DNA from: a bacterium
Lineage (GTDB): Bacteria; Bacteroidota; Ignavibacteria; Kapaibacteriales; UBA2268
Direction: 5' to 3'
Length of the DNA stretch: 64,000 nucleotides
Assembly (NCBI GenBank): GCA_030431515.1
Contig: JAUIIX010000001.1
Span: 133,366-197,365, forward strand
A program made the position numbers and the translations under genes. This document shows, in pieces, positions 29,701-38,958 of the stretch; the stretch's first letter is position 1, and each line of letters starts with the position of its first letter. A model generated the notes under the pieces. It was given only the letters and a program-made list of their open reading frames with translations. It was not told where the DNA came from and made no database searches.

Positions 29701-31585
29701 AAGCAGTCCATTCTGGAAAAGTAACTTCAACAAAACTGTAAGGTGGCATTCCGGCATAAGCTTTGCCATAAGGAGAATCTTTTCCATCACTTGGGAAAAA
29801 TAAATTGTTATTAGGAAATTCCTCAGGATTTTGATACCTACTTACTTCATAATTGTTATTTAATTTCGATAAATTAACTAATCTAATATAAGCTCCATCT
29901 TCTCCAGTACAATTTGATGATAACTTACTAGCCAAACAGGTCGAGTCAATCTTAATTGTTTTATTATAAATTATTCTACCAGATGCTTTATTAATTATTT
30001 GAAATGCAGTTTTAAAATCAACAAATTGTTTTTGATAATTAATTCCATCTGATCCTTGAATATCATTAGACAAATTTTGAATAATAGCAACAGGTTGAAT
30101 TGTATTTAATCTTTCGTCATTTGCAAATAATTCATAATTATCAACTTTTGTAGTCTTCACTCTATTTTTTAATTCTAAATCATCGCCAGATTCATCACGT
30201 ATATTGTATTGAATATCAACAACTCTAAATACATTCTTCCATTGTTTGAATTTAATTAAATGTGGAAGAGTATTTTTGTACTTAGTATTATTTATTTCAT
30301 TTAAAGAATAGTGAGTAAATTGTTCATATTCATATCCATCTCCATCTTCGTAAGTCTCAAACTCTTCCTTTAAATTATATAATTCTCTCTTTTTACGAAT
30401 ATTATTATTATGCCGAGCAAATCCCCTTACCCCAATTGTAGTGTTTAATCTAAATAATTCATTAGCATCTACTCTACATTGTCCATATAAAAACCCATTA
30501 AAAGATCTATAATAAATAGTAATATCATTATTTTTATTATCTATAATAACTTGTACATTACATGAAATATAATTATCATCCCCTGGACGTAAATCTTTTT
30601 CTACATTGACATCATTACAAGTTATACTTTCTACTCTCCCTTTAAGTTGAGCATTAACAATATAGATATGTAACTTAGTATTCGAATCAGATCTTGCATA
30701 ATATACTTTTCCATGGTCATCTTTTTTATTAGATGATATTGAAAATTGAGATAAATGTAAATCACCCCAAATAGGAGCAATAACAGCTGTCCTCATTGTA
30801 TTTTTCCAACCAATTTCGCTACCATTTAGCGATTTATTTCCTCTTGCTCTAATTCCAGCATATTTATTATATGGGTCTTTAGCTAAGGCACTATGAAAAT
30901 AACCATAATCGTCTTTAGTATTATCTACATTACCTCTTGGTACACTATCTCTTACGAAATAGTCTTGCGATTCTTTATTATAAATTGAGCCATTAATAGT
31001 TGTTCTATTTCCGAAACTATCATAGTTATATCTTCTATTAGAAAATGAAATTAAACCATTAGTAGAAACATAAAAACTATCATACTTTATTCCATTGAAC
31101 CTAAAGCCGCCATCTAATCCTAATGGAATAGGACCTGCAAACGCTTCATCTGTTGAATCAATTTCACCTTTATAACTATGATTATAAAAATCTATTTCAG
31201 ATGTACTTTTTAAATCATCAGCAGGATTACGAAAATACCTATGACCTTCTTTATTGGATGAAGACGACCAATATGATTGATTAAATTGTCTTGGTCCAGA
31301 TATAATTCTAAGCCAAGTTAACTCTGAGTCAGTAGTATCTTTAAAAATATTTTCATTTAAAAATATATTAGAGTTGGAATTAACAAAATAATATCCAGTC
31401 GATATTGCTGGTTGACTATCTTCCCACCAATAATCATTAATAATATCTAAGAAGGGAGAAGGAATAGTATTATACTTCTCATTATAATTAGAAATATTTC
31501 TTTGTTTTATATCATTTTTCAAACTAAGCGATTGTGATTTAGCTAAACAAGCAAAAAGCACAAATATCATTATTATTCTAAACAT
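26717..31585 (-). CDS. Very large secreted protein (1622 aa), unknown function, T9SS-type C-terminal sorting domain; paralog of 32056..36903
   Basis: N-terminal signal peptide MFRIIMIFVLFACLAKSQ. C-terminus LTSTNPFDDFVTFSATLPESGELEIIVYDLFGREV...SMYNIQLKLNGRSKNLKVLYSK fits the T9SS CTD pattern. Collinear conserved blocks with the upstream paralog. Confidence 0.75.
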   Translation of the reverse strand: MFRIIMIFVLFACLAKSQSLSLKNDIKQRNISNYNEKYNTIPSPFLDIINDYWWEDSQPAISTGYYFVNSNSNIFLNENIFKDTTDSELTWLRIISGPRQFNQSYWSSSSNKEGHRYFRNPADDLKSTSEIDFYNHSYKGEIDSTDEAFAGPIPLGLDGGFRFNGIKYDSFYVSTNGLISFSNRRYNYDSFGNRTTINGSIYNKESQDYFVRDSVPRGNVDNTKDDYGYFHSALAKDPYNKYAGIRARGNKSLNGSEIGWKNTMRTAVIAPIWGDLHLSQFSISSNKKDDHGKVYYARSDSNTKLHIYIVNAQLKGRVESITCNDVNVEKDLRPGDDNYISCNVQVIIDNKNNDITIYYRSFNGFLYGQCRVDANELFRLNTTIGVRGFARHNNNIRKKRELYNLKEEFETYEDGDGYEYEQFTHYSLNEINNTKYKNTLPHLIKFKQWKNVFRVVDIQYNIRDESGDDLELKNRVKTTKVDNYELFANDERLNTIQPVAIIQNLSNDIQGSDGINYQKQFVDFKTAFQIINKASGRIIYNKTIKIDSTCLASKLSSNCTGEDGAYIRLVNLSKLNNNYEVSRYQNPEEFPNNNLFFPSDGKDSPYGKAYAGMPPYSFVEVTFPEWTASKDDINHIGNLEVKAFIIPESSNGEIIEQDWTYDDTLSRNLYVIRRLDELYDNTTEYHLIDNRAVPSVMKWVNKGAEVVDGNVVSDNPLPPHGIYFASYIDNNKDSINAWIPEKIAAAKNYRLHSPTIKMNRKTLDGLEPGTNPGGDVITSFPINIKKLSKDGMNKISSNPRIQISIQRTEKRNNWDLGWCDDVLVGPEPRVLFNNNIFTTFDHTNASSQFPDKIVVEFLNPYVKDEKDKSVHITNPDESRWRMHFRRGGAETETEVAALEVFGAGGYRRGFLEEDPDSALSNPESPNVNSLRANVFDEGIDRTYKRYWIAIPDTFKNMPFNMSENFRFRVRVLANDDALLAKHGIKNTIPDDDDNFFVDNIELRDSDLEATDIGINDINIQVINTSSPPSQIVRIPMSITLSNNTIGGAPSYYINTRITKKGYNFASYNRFDVVPVHYGMSYYVKNLQTINFRHFGTGEFEIRSKIIFPGDSDRFPDNDVFVKNIVVGDGESSFGMFNVNDEMAYDSYPQNNDIPKIIKSDGFSSGLKLKGKNNGSQNQDYFLWNMQEEETGDIGGSGSGQIAVRFELQNNDTIKGVRCYFPSIGNSTDDISIALYDDANGIPGREIRDTRFYRKKGVSDVLFDDNENPLIIFDDYVEYKLDKEYIFDFYNRKFWVVVTQLGQTPLNLGASKFRGGTRITNVYDKENEPHGLGNIQLSLFDGFKRLNTLGTQKLNDNHFAMENRTGSNEWIQFLPNVGNPAFPHNNFVGLSPVDKQTFTLSRGIWIPMIRLVLGYKLVGLLPNEDWPVELAEFDGIIRNNKAELYWETESEIDNKGFYLERKLDSQREDSWERLTWINGQGAGNHTVGKRYEYTDENILANVKYNYRLHQEDIDGTIDNTSSGIVTLINESNIEFVVELTSTNPFDDFVTFSATLPESGELEIIVYDLFGREVETIENQIYSAGKYYFEWNPWKNENITSNSMYNIQLKLNGRSKNLKVLYSK

Positions 31586-31634
31586 ATTCTTACCTTAATA
31601 AATATTATAAATAAAAACTAAAAAATATTATCTA

Positions 31635-31976
31635 CTAACCTGGAGGCCATTGCATAGCTCTTCCACCTAATAAATGACAGTGTAAATGATAAACAGCTTG
31701 ACCGCCATTTTTATTACAATTAATAACTAATCTATAACCATCTTCACTTAATCCCATTTCTTTAGCAATCAAACTTGCTCTATGTATAATTTTACCTGTT
31801 AAAAGCTCATGCTCATCACTTAGTTCATTCAAAGTTGCTATTTCGATTTTGGGTATGACAAGAATATGAATTGGTGCCTGTGGCTCTATATCCTTGAAAG
31901 CTAAAATCTCATCATCCTCATAAACTATATCAGCAGGAATTTCTTTATTAATTATTTTATTAAAAATTGTAGCCAT
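31635..31976 (-). CDS. HIT-family (histidine triad) nucleotide hydrolase
   Basis: FNKIINKEIPADIVYEDDEILAFKDI.PQAPIHILVIPK...VYHLHCHLLGG: HxHxHxx histidine triad motif. Confidence 0.9.
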   Translation of the reverse strand: MATIFNKIINKEIPADIVYEDDEILAFKDIEPQAPIHILVIPKIEIATLNELSDEHELLTGKIIHRASLIAKEMGLSEDGYRLVINCNKNGGQAVYHLHCHLLGGRAMQWPPG

Positions 31977-31990
31977 TTTTATTCCTTTTT

Positions 31991-32032
31991 ATAAATAAAA
32001 AACCCTCGCAATAAAAATTTATTACGAGGGTT
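31991..32032 (-). terminator. Rho-independent terminator after the 1615-aa gene
   Basis: Minus strand: AACCCTCG(TAATAAATTTTTATTG)CGAGGGTT followed by TTTTATTTAT, 24 nt after the stop at 32056. The loop region can extend the stem with one mismatch. Confidence 0.6.
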
Positions 32033-32055
32033 AAATAAGAACTATAAGATAAATA

Positions 32056-35000
32056 TTATCTTACAACAGATACTTTCTCAGAAACAGATTGACCGTTTAG
32101 AGAAGCTCTAAGGATGTATGCACCATTAGCAACTTTAGCACCTGTTTGAGTTTCAGCATTCCAAGTGAAACTCATTAAACCACCATTAACTGATTGGTTT
32201 AAGAATTGGTGAACTACATTACCAAACATATCAACAACTTCAACAACCATTTCACCTGATTTAGGAGCAGTTACATTGAAAGTTACATCATTGTCAAATG
32301 GATTTGTAGAAGTCAATTCTAAAGATAAAGGAATGTTGTTAATAAGAGTCTTAGTAACAATTCCAGAAGCTTCACAATTGAACGCACCATCGATATCTAC
32401 TTGTCTTAGTCTATAATTGTAAGTTACATTAGATTTAACTTTGTCATCAACGAATGTGTATTTAGTTTCAGCAGTAAAGTTACCTTTACCTCTACCATTA
32501 ACCCATCCTAATTGAGACCAGTATTCTTCAGTTTCAGAATCTAATTTTCTTTCAACGTAGAATCCTTTATTATCTACTTCAGAAGCAGTAACCCAGAATA
32601 ATTCTACTTTATTATTTCTAGCTACACCATCAAACTCAGTAATTTCCACTGGAACATCACATTCTTCATAAAGTGGATTAGTCTCAAATGATTTTTCGCC
32701 TAAAACTGGTCTTAATAACGGAATCCAGAAACCTCTTGAGTTAGTCATAGTCGCACCGTCATTAGGAGAGAATCCCATGTGGTGTAAGTGAGAGTAACCA
32801 GGATTACCAACATTTGGCATTGATTGTACCCATTCGTTAGAACCTTTAGAGTTTTCGTAAGCAAATCTATTATCGTTTAAAAGTTGCGAACCTAATGTAT
32901 TAGGTCTTCTGAATTCTTTATTAAGAGCTAAGTGAATACCACCTAAACCAAGAGGTTCACCAGGCATATCATAAATATTCATTGTTCTCATACCACCTCT
33001 TGCAGAAGAAGCTCCCAATTGAAGTGGATCTTGACCTAATTGAGCAATAACTACCCAATAATTACCAGGTTGTAATACTAATTCATTGTCAACTTTATAT
33101 TCAACGTACTCACCAAATTTTCTTAAAGGTCTTCCTTGTTGATCAAATTCAACATCAGATACACCTCTTTTTCTATCAATTCTTGAGTTTGGTACTTCTC
33201 TACCAGGGATACCATTTGCATCATCATAAATTGAAATTGCAATATCATCTGGTGACTGATTTAACGTTCCAAAGAAAGCTTTGAAACCTTTAATAGTATC
33301 AGCATTTTGTAAATCGAATCTAGTTGCAATTTGTCCTGAACCAGAACCAATTAGTGCACCAGCTTGGAAGTTCTCAAAATCCCAACCCCATTTAGTTCCA
33401 CCTTGGTTATACCCAAATAAAGTTAAACCTCTACCAGGGATACCATTTGTTAATTCAGGAACATTATTTGTTACGTTTTGAATTGGATCTAATGCAAAAT
33501 CATCACCAAATTCAACTTTAAAGTTAGTATAAGTTGTATCATTTCTAGGATCCTTATCAGAATCACTAGGTAAAATAATTACTGCTTGTATTTTATAATC
33601 ACCAGGTCCAGCTTTTCTCGCATCAAATGAAGGCATATTTTTGCTTAATTGCTCACTACCTCTATGAACTGGAATAGGTTCATATTTACAATATATAGGT
33701 CTATCATCACCATTTTTGAATATTTCAACTTTAACATAGTAAGTTGGAGCTCCAACAGACGTATTATTAGTCAAAGTAACAGAAATTGGTATTCTTGTTG
33801 CCTGAGAAGCAGGAGTTCTATAATAAGGCCATCTTGTCTTAACTGCTGAAACTTCTATATCAGTTGCTTCTAAATCTTGGAATAAGATTTGAACATTATC
33901 AACAAAGAAATCATCATCATCATCAGGAATAGCAGGATTTCTACCCATTTTAGCTAATAGTCCATCATTCCCAGACATTACTTTAATTCTAAATCTAAAG
34001 TTTTCAGAAGTATTAAACGGCATACTGATAAATGTATCAGGAATTGCTAAGAAGAATTTTCTATATTCAAAGTCAATACCGTCATCAAATACATTAGCTC
34101 TTAATGAGTTTATGTTAGGATTAGCAGGATTTGCTAAAGCTGAATCTGGGTCTTCCTCTAAGAATCCAACTTGATACCCACCACCACCAAATAATTTAAG
34201 TACTGGTACATCTTTTTCAGTTGGAGCTCCTTCTCTTCTAAAGTGTTTCTTCCACTGATCATCTTTAATATTAACCACATGATGAAGTCTATTTACCTGA
34301 ACAGGAACCCATGAGTTTGCATACTCAACAGTAATTTCATCTGGTTTCTCAGATACAGATTGTCTATGATTATAGTTATTAAAGATATTGTTATTTAGTA
34401 TTGATCTTGGTTCTGGACCAACTAATCTTGCATCAGCCCATCCTCTTTGCCAGTTTTCATTATGTTGTGCTCTTTGAATAGATAATGATAATACTGATTT
34501 CTTTCTATTAATCATATTAATAGGGAAAGATGAAATTATATCACCACCTGGGTTTGTTGCTGGTTCTTGACCACCAAGTGTTACCCTATTCATTTTAATC
34601 GTAGGTGAATTTAAAGTAAATGCTTTTGCAGCATTAATTTTTGCTTGTAACCATCTTTTTTCTGGAGGAGCTTCAACAAATTGAGCTTGGTATCTACCTC
34701 TAGGAGGTAATGGGTGCTTAGAAACTTCTTCACCAGAAACCATTTCAGCATCAATATTTACCCACTTCCAAACTGAAGGCATAGGAACACCATCAATTAG
34801 ATGGAACTCATTACCATCATCATAAAATGTTTCTAATCTTCTTAAAACGAATAGATTTACAGATGTAGTATCATCAAATGGCCATTCATCTTTAATTTCA
34901 GTTAAATTAGGTCTTCTTGGTATAGAAATGATGTATGCTTCCAATCTACCAATGTGATCATCAATAAACTCTGATGGTGACCATGGAGGGAAGAATAATT

Positions 35001-36903
35001 CAACAAATCCATAAGGAGGAACTCCACCATAAGGTTTTCCAGATTCTGAATCTGAACCATCTCCTGGGAATAAGTAAGGAGCATTTGGATTCTGAGAATT
35101 TGGAATATGATTAGTTACATCAAAATTTCTTCCATTTACAGTAACTTTAGATAATCTAATTCTAACATCTCTATCACCTGAACAATCTATAGCTTTAGCT
35201 TCTGGAAGTGCCATACAAGTTGAATCAATAACTGTTTCTTTTTGATAGATTACTCTACCAGAAGCTTTATTTACGATTCTAAACATTGCTCTAAACTCTA
35301 AATCTTGTGTTACATAGTTTGTTCCATTTTGACCAGTAACATCATTAGTTAAATTTTGGATTAAAGCAACTGGTTGTAAAGCTCCAATTCTTGCTTCACC
35401 AGCTAATAATTCATAATTATTAACTTCTTCCGTTTTTACTCTTACTTTAAATGATAAATCATCAAATAATGGATCTAATGTTTTATCTCTAACTCTATAC
35501 TGAATATCAACTACTCTTAATGCATTTGTCCATTGCTTGTATCTTACTAAATATTGTGAAGTAGGGTACGGTGCATTTGGATTTGCTTCTGATACCCAGT
35601 GATGAGTATATTGTTCATATTCAGTTAATACACCTGTGTTTGTTTTTCTATTGAAGTTAATATGACGAGCAAAACCTCTTACACCAGATGTAGTATTTCT
35701 TAAAAATATTTTATTTGCAGGTTCTTTACAGTTTGGATTTGGTCCAGCCGAACCTGAAAAAGTTCTATATATAATTAAGATATCATTTTCTTTATTGTCT
35801 AATATTACTTGAGCTGAAGATGAAATATAATTTTCTTCACCTGGTCTTAATCCCATTGGTTGATTACCAATTGTTCCACATCTTTGCGTTGCAACTGTTC
35901 TAATTGGTTGAGCATTAATAAAATATATAAATAATTTATCATTTTCTAATGTTCTGTAATACATTACTTTTCCATGAGGATCAACGCTTTCATTGTTTGA
36001 TGAATATTGAGATAACTCTAAATCACCAAAGAATGGAGAAATAACAGCAGTTTTTGTACCACCAAATGCAGAGTTTAACCCCATTCCACCACGTCTTCTA
36101 ATTCCGCCTTGTGCATTCCCTGGATTATTTCCTAATGCAACATATCTCCAACCGTAGTCATCAACAGTGTTATCTTCACTTTCCGTACCATTTCCAGTTC
36201 TACCTCTTACGAACCAATCCATAGACATAGGATCGTGAGCTGTTTCACTTTCTACTCTTCTATTACCGTCCGCATCATAGAAGTATCTTCTGTTAGTTAA
36301 AGCAACTAAACCATTTGTTGTTACATAGAAACTATCATATCTAATACTATTAAACTTGAATCCACCAGACAAACCAATTTTGATTGGTCCTGCAATAGCA
36401 TCATCAGTAGAATCGATAACCCAAGTTTTATCTAAGCCCTCAGATTCATGAATAAAGTATTCTACTTCAGGTGTTCCTGCATTATCATTTGCAGGGTTTC
36501 TAAAGTATGTATACCCTTCAGTATTTTCCGGGGAATCCCAATAAGTAGATACTACTTGTCTTGGACCAGATGTTATTTCAACCCATCTTGATTCATCAAC
36601 ACTTATATCTAAAAATTCTGATGCTTTGGGTCTCCAATTATCATCAGCATTAGATTGGTTAGTTACAAAATAGTAACCAGTTGAAACTGCCGGCTGTGTA
36701 CCAGACCACCAATTTGCAACTTCATTAACAACATTACCCGTCTGTTCAAACGGTTCAGGTTGTGTCTGAATATTTCCTTGCGGATAGTAGCATGATTTTG
36801 CTTTGATCAAACACTCTTGCAACTGTCTTCCAGACTGTGCAGAAGCATCATACATCAATAGCATAAACGCTAAAGCCGAAGTTAGTAAAATAAACCTTTT
36901 CAT
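32056..36903 (-). CDS. Very large secreted protein (1615 aa), unknown function, T9SS-type C-terminal sorting domain; paralog of 26717..31585
   Basis: Signal peptide MKRFILLTSALAFMLLMYDASAQ. C-terminus LTSTNPFDNDVTFNVTAPKSGEMVVEVVDMFGNVV...NGAYILRASLNGQSVSEKVSVVR. AAGGAG lies ~8 nt upstream of the ATG. Confidence 0.75.
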   Translation of the reverse strand: MKRFILLTSALAFMLLMYDASAQSGRQLQECLIKAKSCYYPQGNIQTQPEPFEQTGNVVNEVANWWSGTQPAVSTGYYFVTNQSNADDNWRPKASEFLDISVDESRWVEITSGPRQVVSTYWDSPENTEGYTYFRNPANDNAGTPEVEYFIHESEGLDKTWVIDSTDDAIAGPIKIGLSGGFKFNSIRYDSFYVTTNGLVALTNRRYFYDADGNRRVESETAHDPMSMDWFVRGRTGNGTESEDNTVDDYGWRYVALGNNPGNAQGGIRRRGGMGLNSAFGGTKTAVISPFFGDLELSQYSSNNESVDPHGKVMYYRTLENDKLFIYFINAQPIRTVATQRCGTIGNQPMGLRPGEENYISSSAQVILDNKENDILIIYRTFSGSAGPNPNCKEPANKIFLRNTTSGVRGFARHINFNRKTNTGVLTEYEQYTHHWVSEANPNAPYPTSQYLVRYKQWTNALRVVDIQYRVRDKTLDPLFDDLSFKVRVKTEEVNNYELLAGEARIGALQPVALIQNLTNDVTGQNGTNYVTQDLEFRAMFRIVNKASGRVIYQKETVIDSTCMALPEAKAIDCSGDRDVRIRLSKVTVNGRNFDVTNHIPNSQNPNAPYLFPGDGSDSESGKPYGGVPPYGFVELFFPPWSPSEFIDDHIGRLEAYIISIPRRPNLTEIKDEWPFDDTTSVNLFVLRRLETFYDDGNEFHLIDGVPMPSVWKWVNIDAEMVSGEEVSKHPLPPRGRYQAQFVEAPPEKRWLQAKINAAKAFTLNSPTIKMNRVTLGGQEPATNPGGDIISSFPINMINRKKSVLSLSIQRAQHNENWQRGWADARLVGPEPRSILNNNIFNNYNHRQSVSEKPDEITVEYANSWVPVQVNRLHHVVNIKDDQWKKHFRREGAPTEKDVPVLKLFGGGGYQVGFLEEDPDSALANPANPNINSLRANVFDDGIDFEYRKFFLAIPDTFISMPFNTSENFRFRIKVMSGNDGLLAKMGRNPAIPDDDDDFFVDNVQILFQDLEATDIEVSAVKTRWPYYRTPASQATRIPISVTLTNNTSVGAPTYYVKVEIFKNGDDRPIYCKYEPIPVHRGSEQLSKNMPSFDARKAGPGDYKIQAVIILPSDSDKDPRNDTTYTNFKVEFGDDFALDPIQNVTNNVPELTNGIPGRGLTLFGYNQGGTKWGWDFENFQAGALIGSGSGQIATRFDLQNADTIKGFKAFFGTLNQSPDDIAISIYDDANGIPGREVPNSRIDRKRGVSDVEFDQQGRPLRKFGEYVEYKVDNELVLQPGNYWVVIAQLGQDPLQLGASSARGGMRTMNIYDMPGEPLGLGGIHLALNKEFRRPNTLGSQLLNDNRFAYENSKGSNEWVQSMPNVGNPGYSHLHHMGFSPNDGATMTNSRGFWIPLLRPVLGEKSFETNPLYEECDVPVEITEFDGVARNNKVELFWVTASEVDNKGFYVERKLDSETEEYWSQLGWVNGRGKGNFTAETKYTFVDDKVKSNVTYNYRLRQVDIDGAFNCEASGIVTKTLINNIPLSLELTSTNPFDNDVTFNVTAPKSGEMVVEVVDMFGNVVHQFLNQSVNGGLMSFTWNAETQTGAKVANGAYILRASLNGQSVSEKVSVVR

Positions 36904-36947
36904 AAGGCACTCCTTAATTGTGTATAATTAAATTATAAAAAATATTT

Positions 36948-38633
36948 TTATCGTTTAAAACGCCATCCATTTTCTTCTTTTTCAAATATCCAACCAGCTA
37001 TCTTACCTGGTGTGATTTCATTAAAATTATTCCAATATGTATTATCAAAATAATTTCTTGAAGAAGTTGTGTCGTATTTCATAGTCTCTGAATCAGACAT
37101 GATATTTTTAAATCTATCTTGCCATAACTGCAAATTTGCTTCTCTTAAATCAATCCAACCTTGACTACACCATTTGTCAATGTTTTCACTATTTAAATCG
37201 TAGTTTCCACCTGCTCTTCTAACAGGAACTTTAACAAACTGACCTTTTAAAAATTTATCATCATTTATCAATATTGGTAATCCAATTGATAAAATTTGTT
37301 TTCTTAATCCGTCATTCGATTCAATTAAGTTAAGAACTTTCTCTCTTGTATTTCGTATATTATCATTAATAAACGAATTAAAATCACCATATATCAATTT
37401 TAAAATATGTGATTCAAAAAGAAGTTTAGATAATCTTGGGGGTCCCAATAATTCAAAGGAAACTCCTTCAATTCCTTTTTCTTCCTCTAAATTTTCTAAC
37501 ATTTTAATTGCTTTATTTCTTAAGAAACCACCTCTATATGTTGGTCCTAAAGCAAAAGCATCAATACCTTGAATCATGTCTTTACCAGTATTACCACCCA
37601 TTGCTTCAAATATTAAATAATCTGCAATTTCCTCTGGTGTAACAATCTCCATCTGACCTAAAGAACTAATCGTTTCAAATTCATTCTTTGAGAATATACC
37701 ATTTTCACCTGTATCTATAAATACTGATTTTAAATCCTCACCAGTATCAACTACCCCATCATTATTCTCAAAATCAAACTCACCTTTAGTTTCAAAGGCA
37801 TCCTTCATATCCATATCATAAAGTCTAACAGACTTTCCACCTTTCTTTACAGTATCAAAAGTGATTTTTTTCCATGCTATTGTTGCAGCTGGCTTTATCT
37901 CTTTTACTATAGTAGAATTAGGTGTTCTTGCCATCAAATACATTAACAAAGTTTGAGCACCTGCTACTGCATTTTTAGACATTAGAACTCTTGATGGCTT
38001 ATCTTCACTGTGAGTATAAGGTATATTTAACCCCATACCACCAGTACCACTTGTTCCTACCTTAATATACATTTTAGATTTAGCTTCACTTAAGCCCTCC
38101 GCTAAAAGTTGAATATGTCTAATTAGTTGTGGAATATAAGTACTAGCCATCAACATTTCAACATTATCTTTATCTAAAACTCCATTATCAAAATCATTTA
38201 TTACTGTCAAAGAACTCTTATAAACATCTGAATAAGCTATCCCAGTTGCTGTATTGATACAATCAATAACTAAATCTGGTTTATGTTTTGCAATCAATTT
38301 GAATAAAAAAGAATTTTCTCTAATATTATCATCAAGATCTAAAAAAGTATCTTTGATAATTTCCATTCTTGTTTCAGAATCATTCAATAAAGTAGAATAA
38401 TGAATATCTTTCCATTCTTCTCGAGTAAAAAGATTACCCCATTCCGCCTTTAATTCCGGGCAATTTTCACCGAATTCTTTTCTTAAATCCTTAATAGCAT
38501 CTTCTGCTTCTTCTTGTCTTAAAGAACTAATAATCAAGGTTTTAACATTATGTCCAATTAACTTTTTGGATATTGCTCCACCTACCAAACCCCATCCGCC
38601 TAATATCAAAACTTTTGAATTTTCTAAGTTCAT
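36948..38633 (-). CDS. NAD(P)-binding Rossmann-fold protein of unknown function (~561 aa)
   Basis: From the internal ATG at 38633: MNLENSKVLILGGWGLVGGAISKKL (GxxGxxG), then DLVIDCINTATG and GTSGTGGMGLNIPYTH. I cannot assign the long C-terminal half. The track start at 38711 adds 26 AT-rich codons and is doubtful. Confidence 0.5.
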   Translation of the reverse strand: MNLENSKVLILGGWGLVGGAISKKLIGHNVKTLIISSLRQEEAEDAIKDLRKEFGENCPELKAEWGNLFTREEWKDIHYSTLLNDSETRMEIIKDTFLDLDDNIRENSFLFKLIAKHKPDLVIDCINTATGIAYSDVYKSSLTVINDFDNGVLDKDNVEMLMASTYIPQLIRHIQLLAEGLSEAKSKMYIKVGTSGTGGMGLNIPYTHSEDKPSRVLMSKNAVAGAQTLLMYLMARTPNSTIVKEIKPAATIAWKKITFDTVKKGGKSVRLYDMDMKDAFETKGEFDFENNDGVVDTGEDLKSVFIDTGENGIFSKNEFETISSLGQMEIVTPEEIADYLIFEAMGGNTGKDMIQGIDAFALGPTYRGGFLRNKAIKMLENLEEEKGIEGVSFELLGPPRLSKLLFESHILKLIYGDFNSFINDNIRNTREKVLNLIESNDGLRKQILSIGLPILINDDKFLKGQFVKVPVRRAGGNYDLNSENIDKWCSQGWIDLREANLQLWQDRFKNIMSDSETMKYDTTSSRNYFDNTYWNNFNEITPGKIAGWIFEKEENGWRFKR

Positions 38634-38958
38634 TTTTACTTTTTCTGTATATTTTTCTGAAAATTTTACTCTACGAATTTTCAATTTAAAGTAAATAAAT
38701 GAATTTTCCAAAAAATTTCTTCTAAAATATTTACTTTTGTAACTAAAAAAAGTATTTTTATTTTTTTGGATGAACTTCTATAAACAAAGACACATTTTTT
38801 ACCCAAACATCTCGGAGATTTTTAAATATTTTTACAATTTTCTTTGAATTTCAACTAATATTATCAACTTACTCTATATAATACATATTACTAATACACA
38901 TTATACTTTATATTAATAGTTTGAGTTCTGGTATAAATTATATCAATATGTCTTTTTG

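Noticed and set aside
33281-35084. Short ORFs within the 1615-aa gene (33281..33481, 33649..33849, 34902..35084)
   Set aside because: Embedded in or antisense to a long continuous, paralog-supported ORF.
38634-38711. 26-codon N-terminal extension of the Rossmann protein in the track
   Set aside because: The extension (MENSFIYFKLKIRRVKFSEKYTEKVK) precedes the Rossmann beta1-GxxGxxG motif, which normally lies within ~10 residues of the N-terminus. The internal ATG is more plausible, though unproven.
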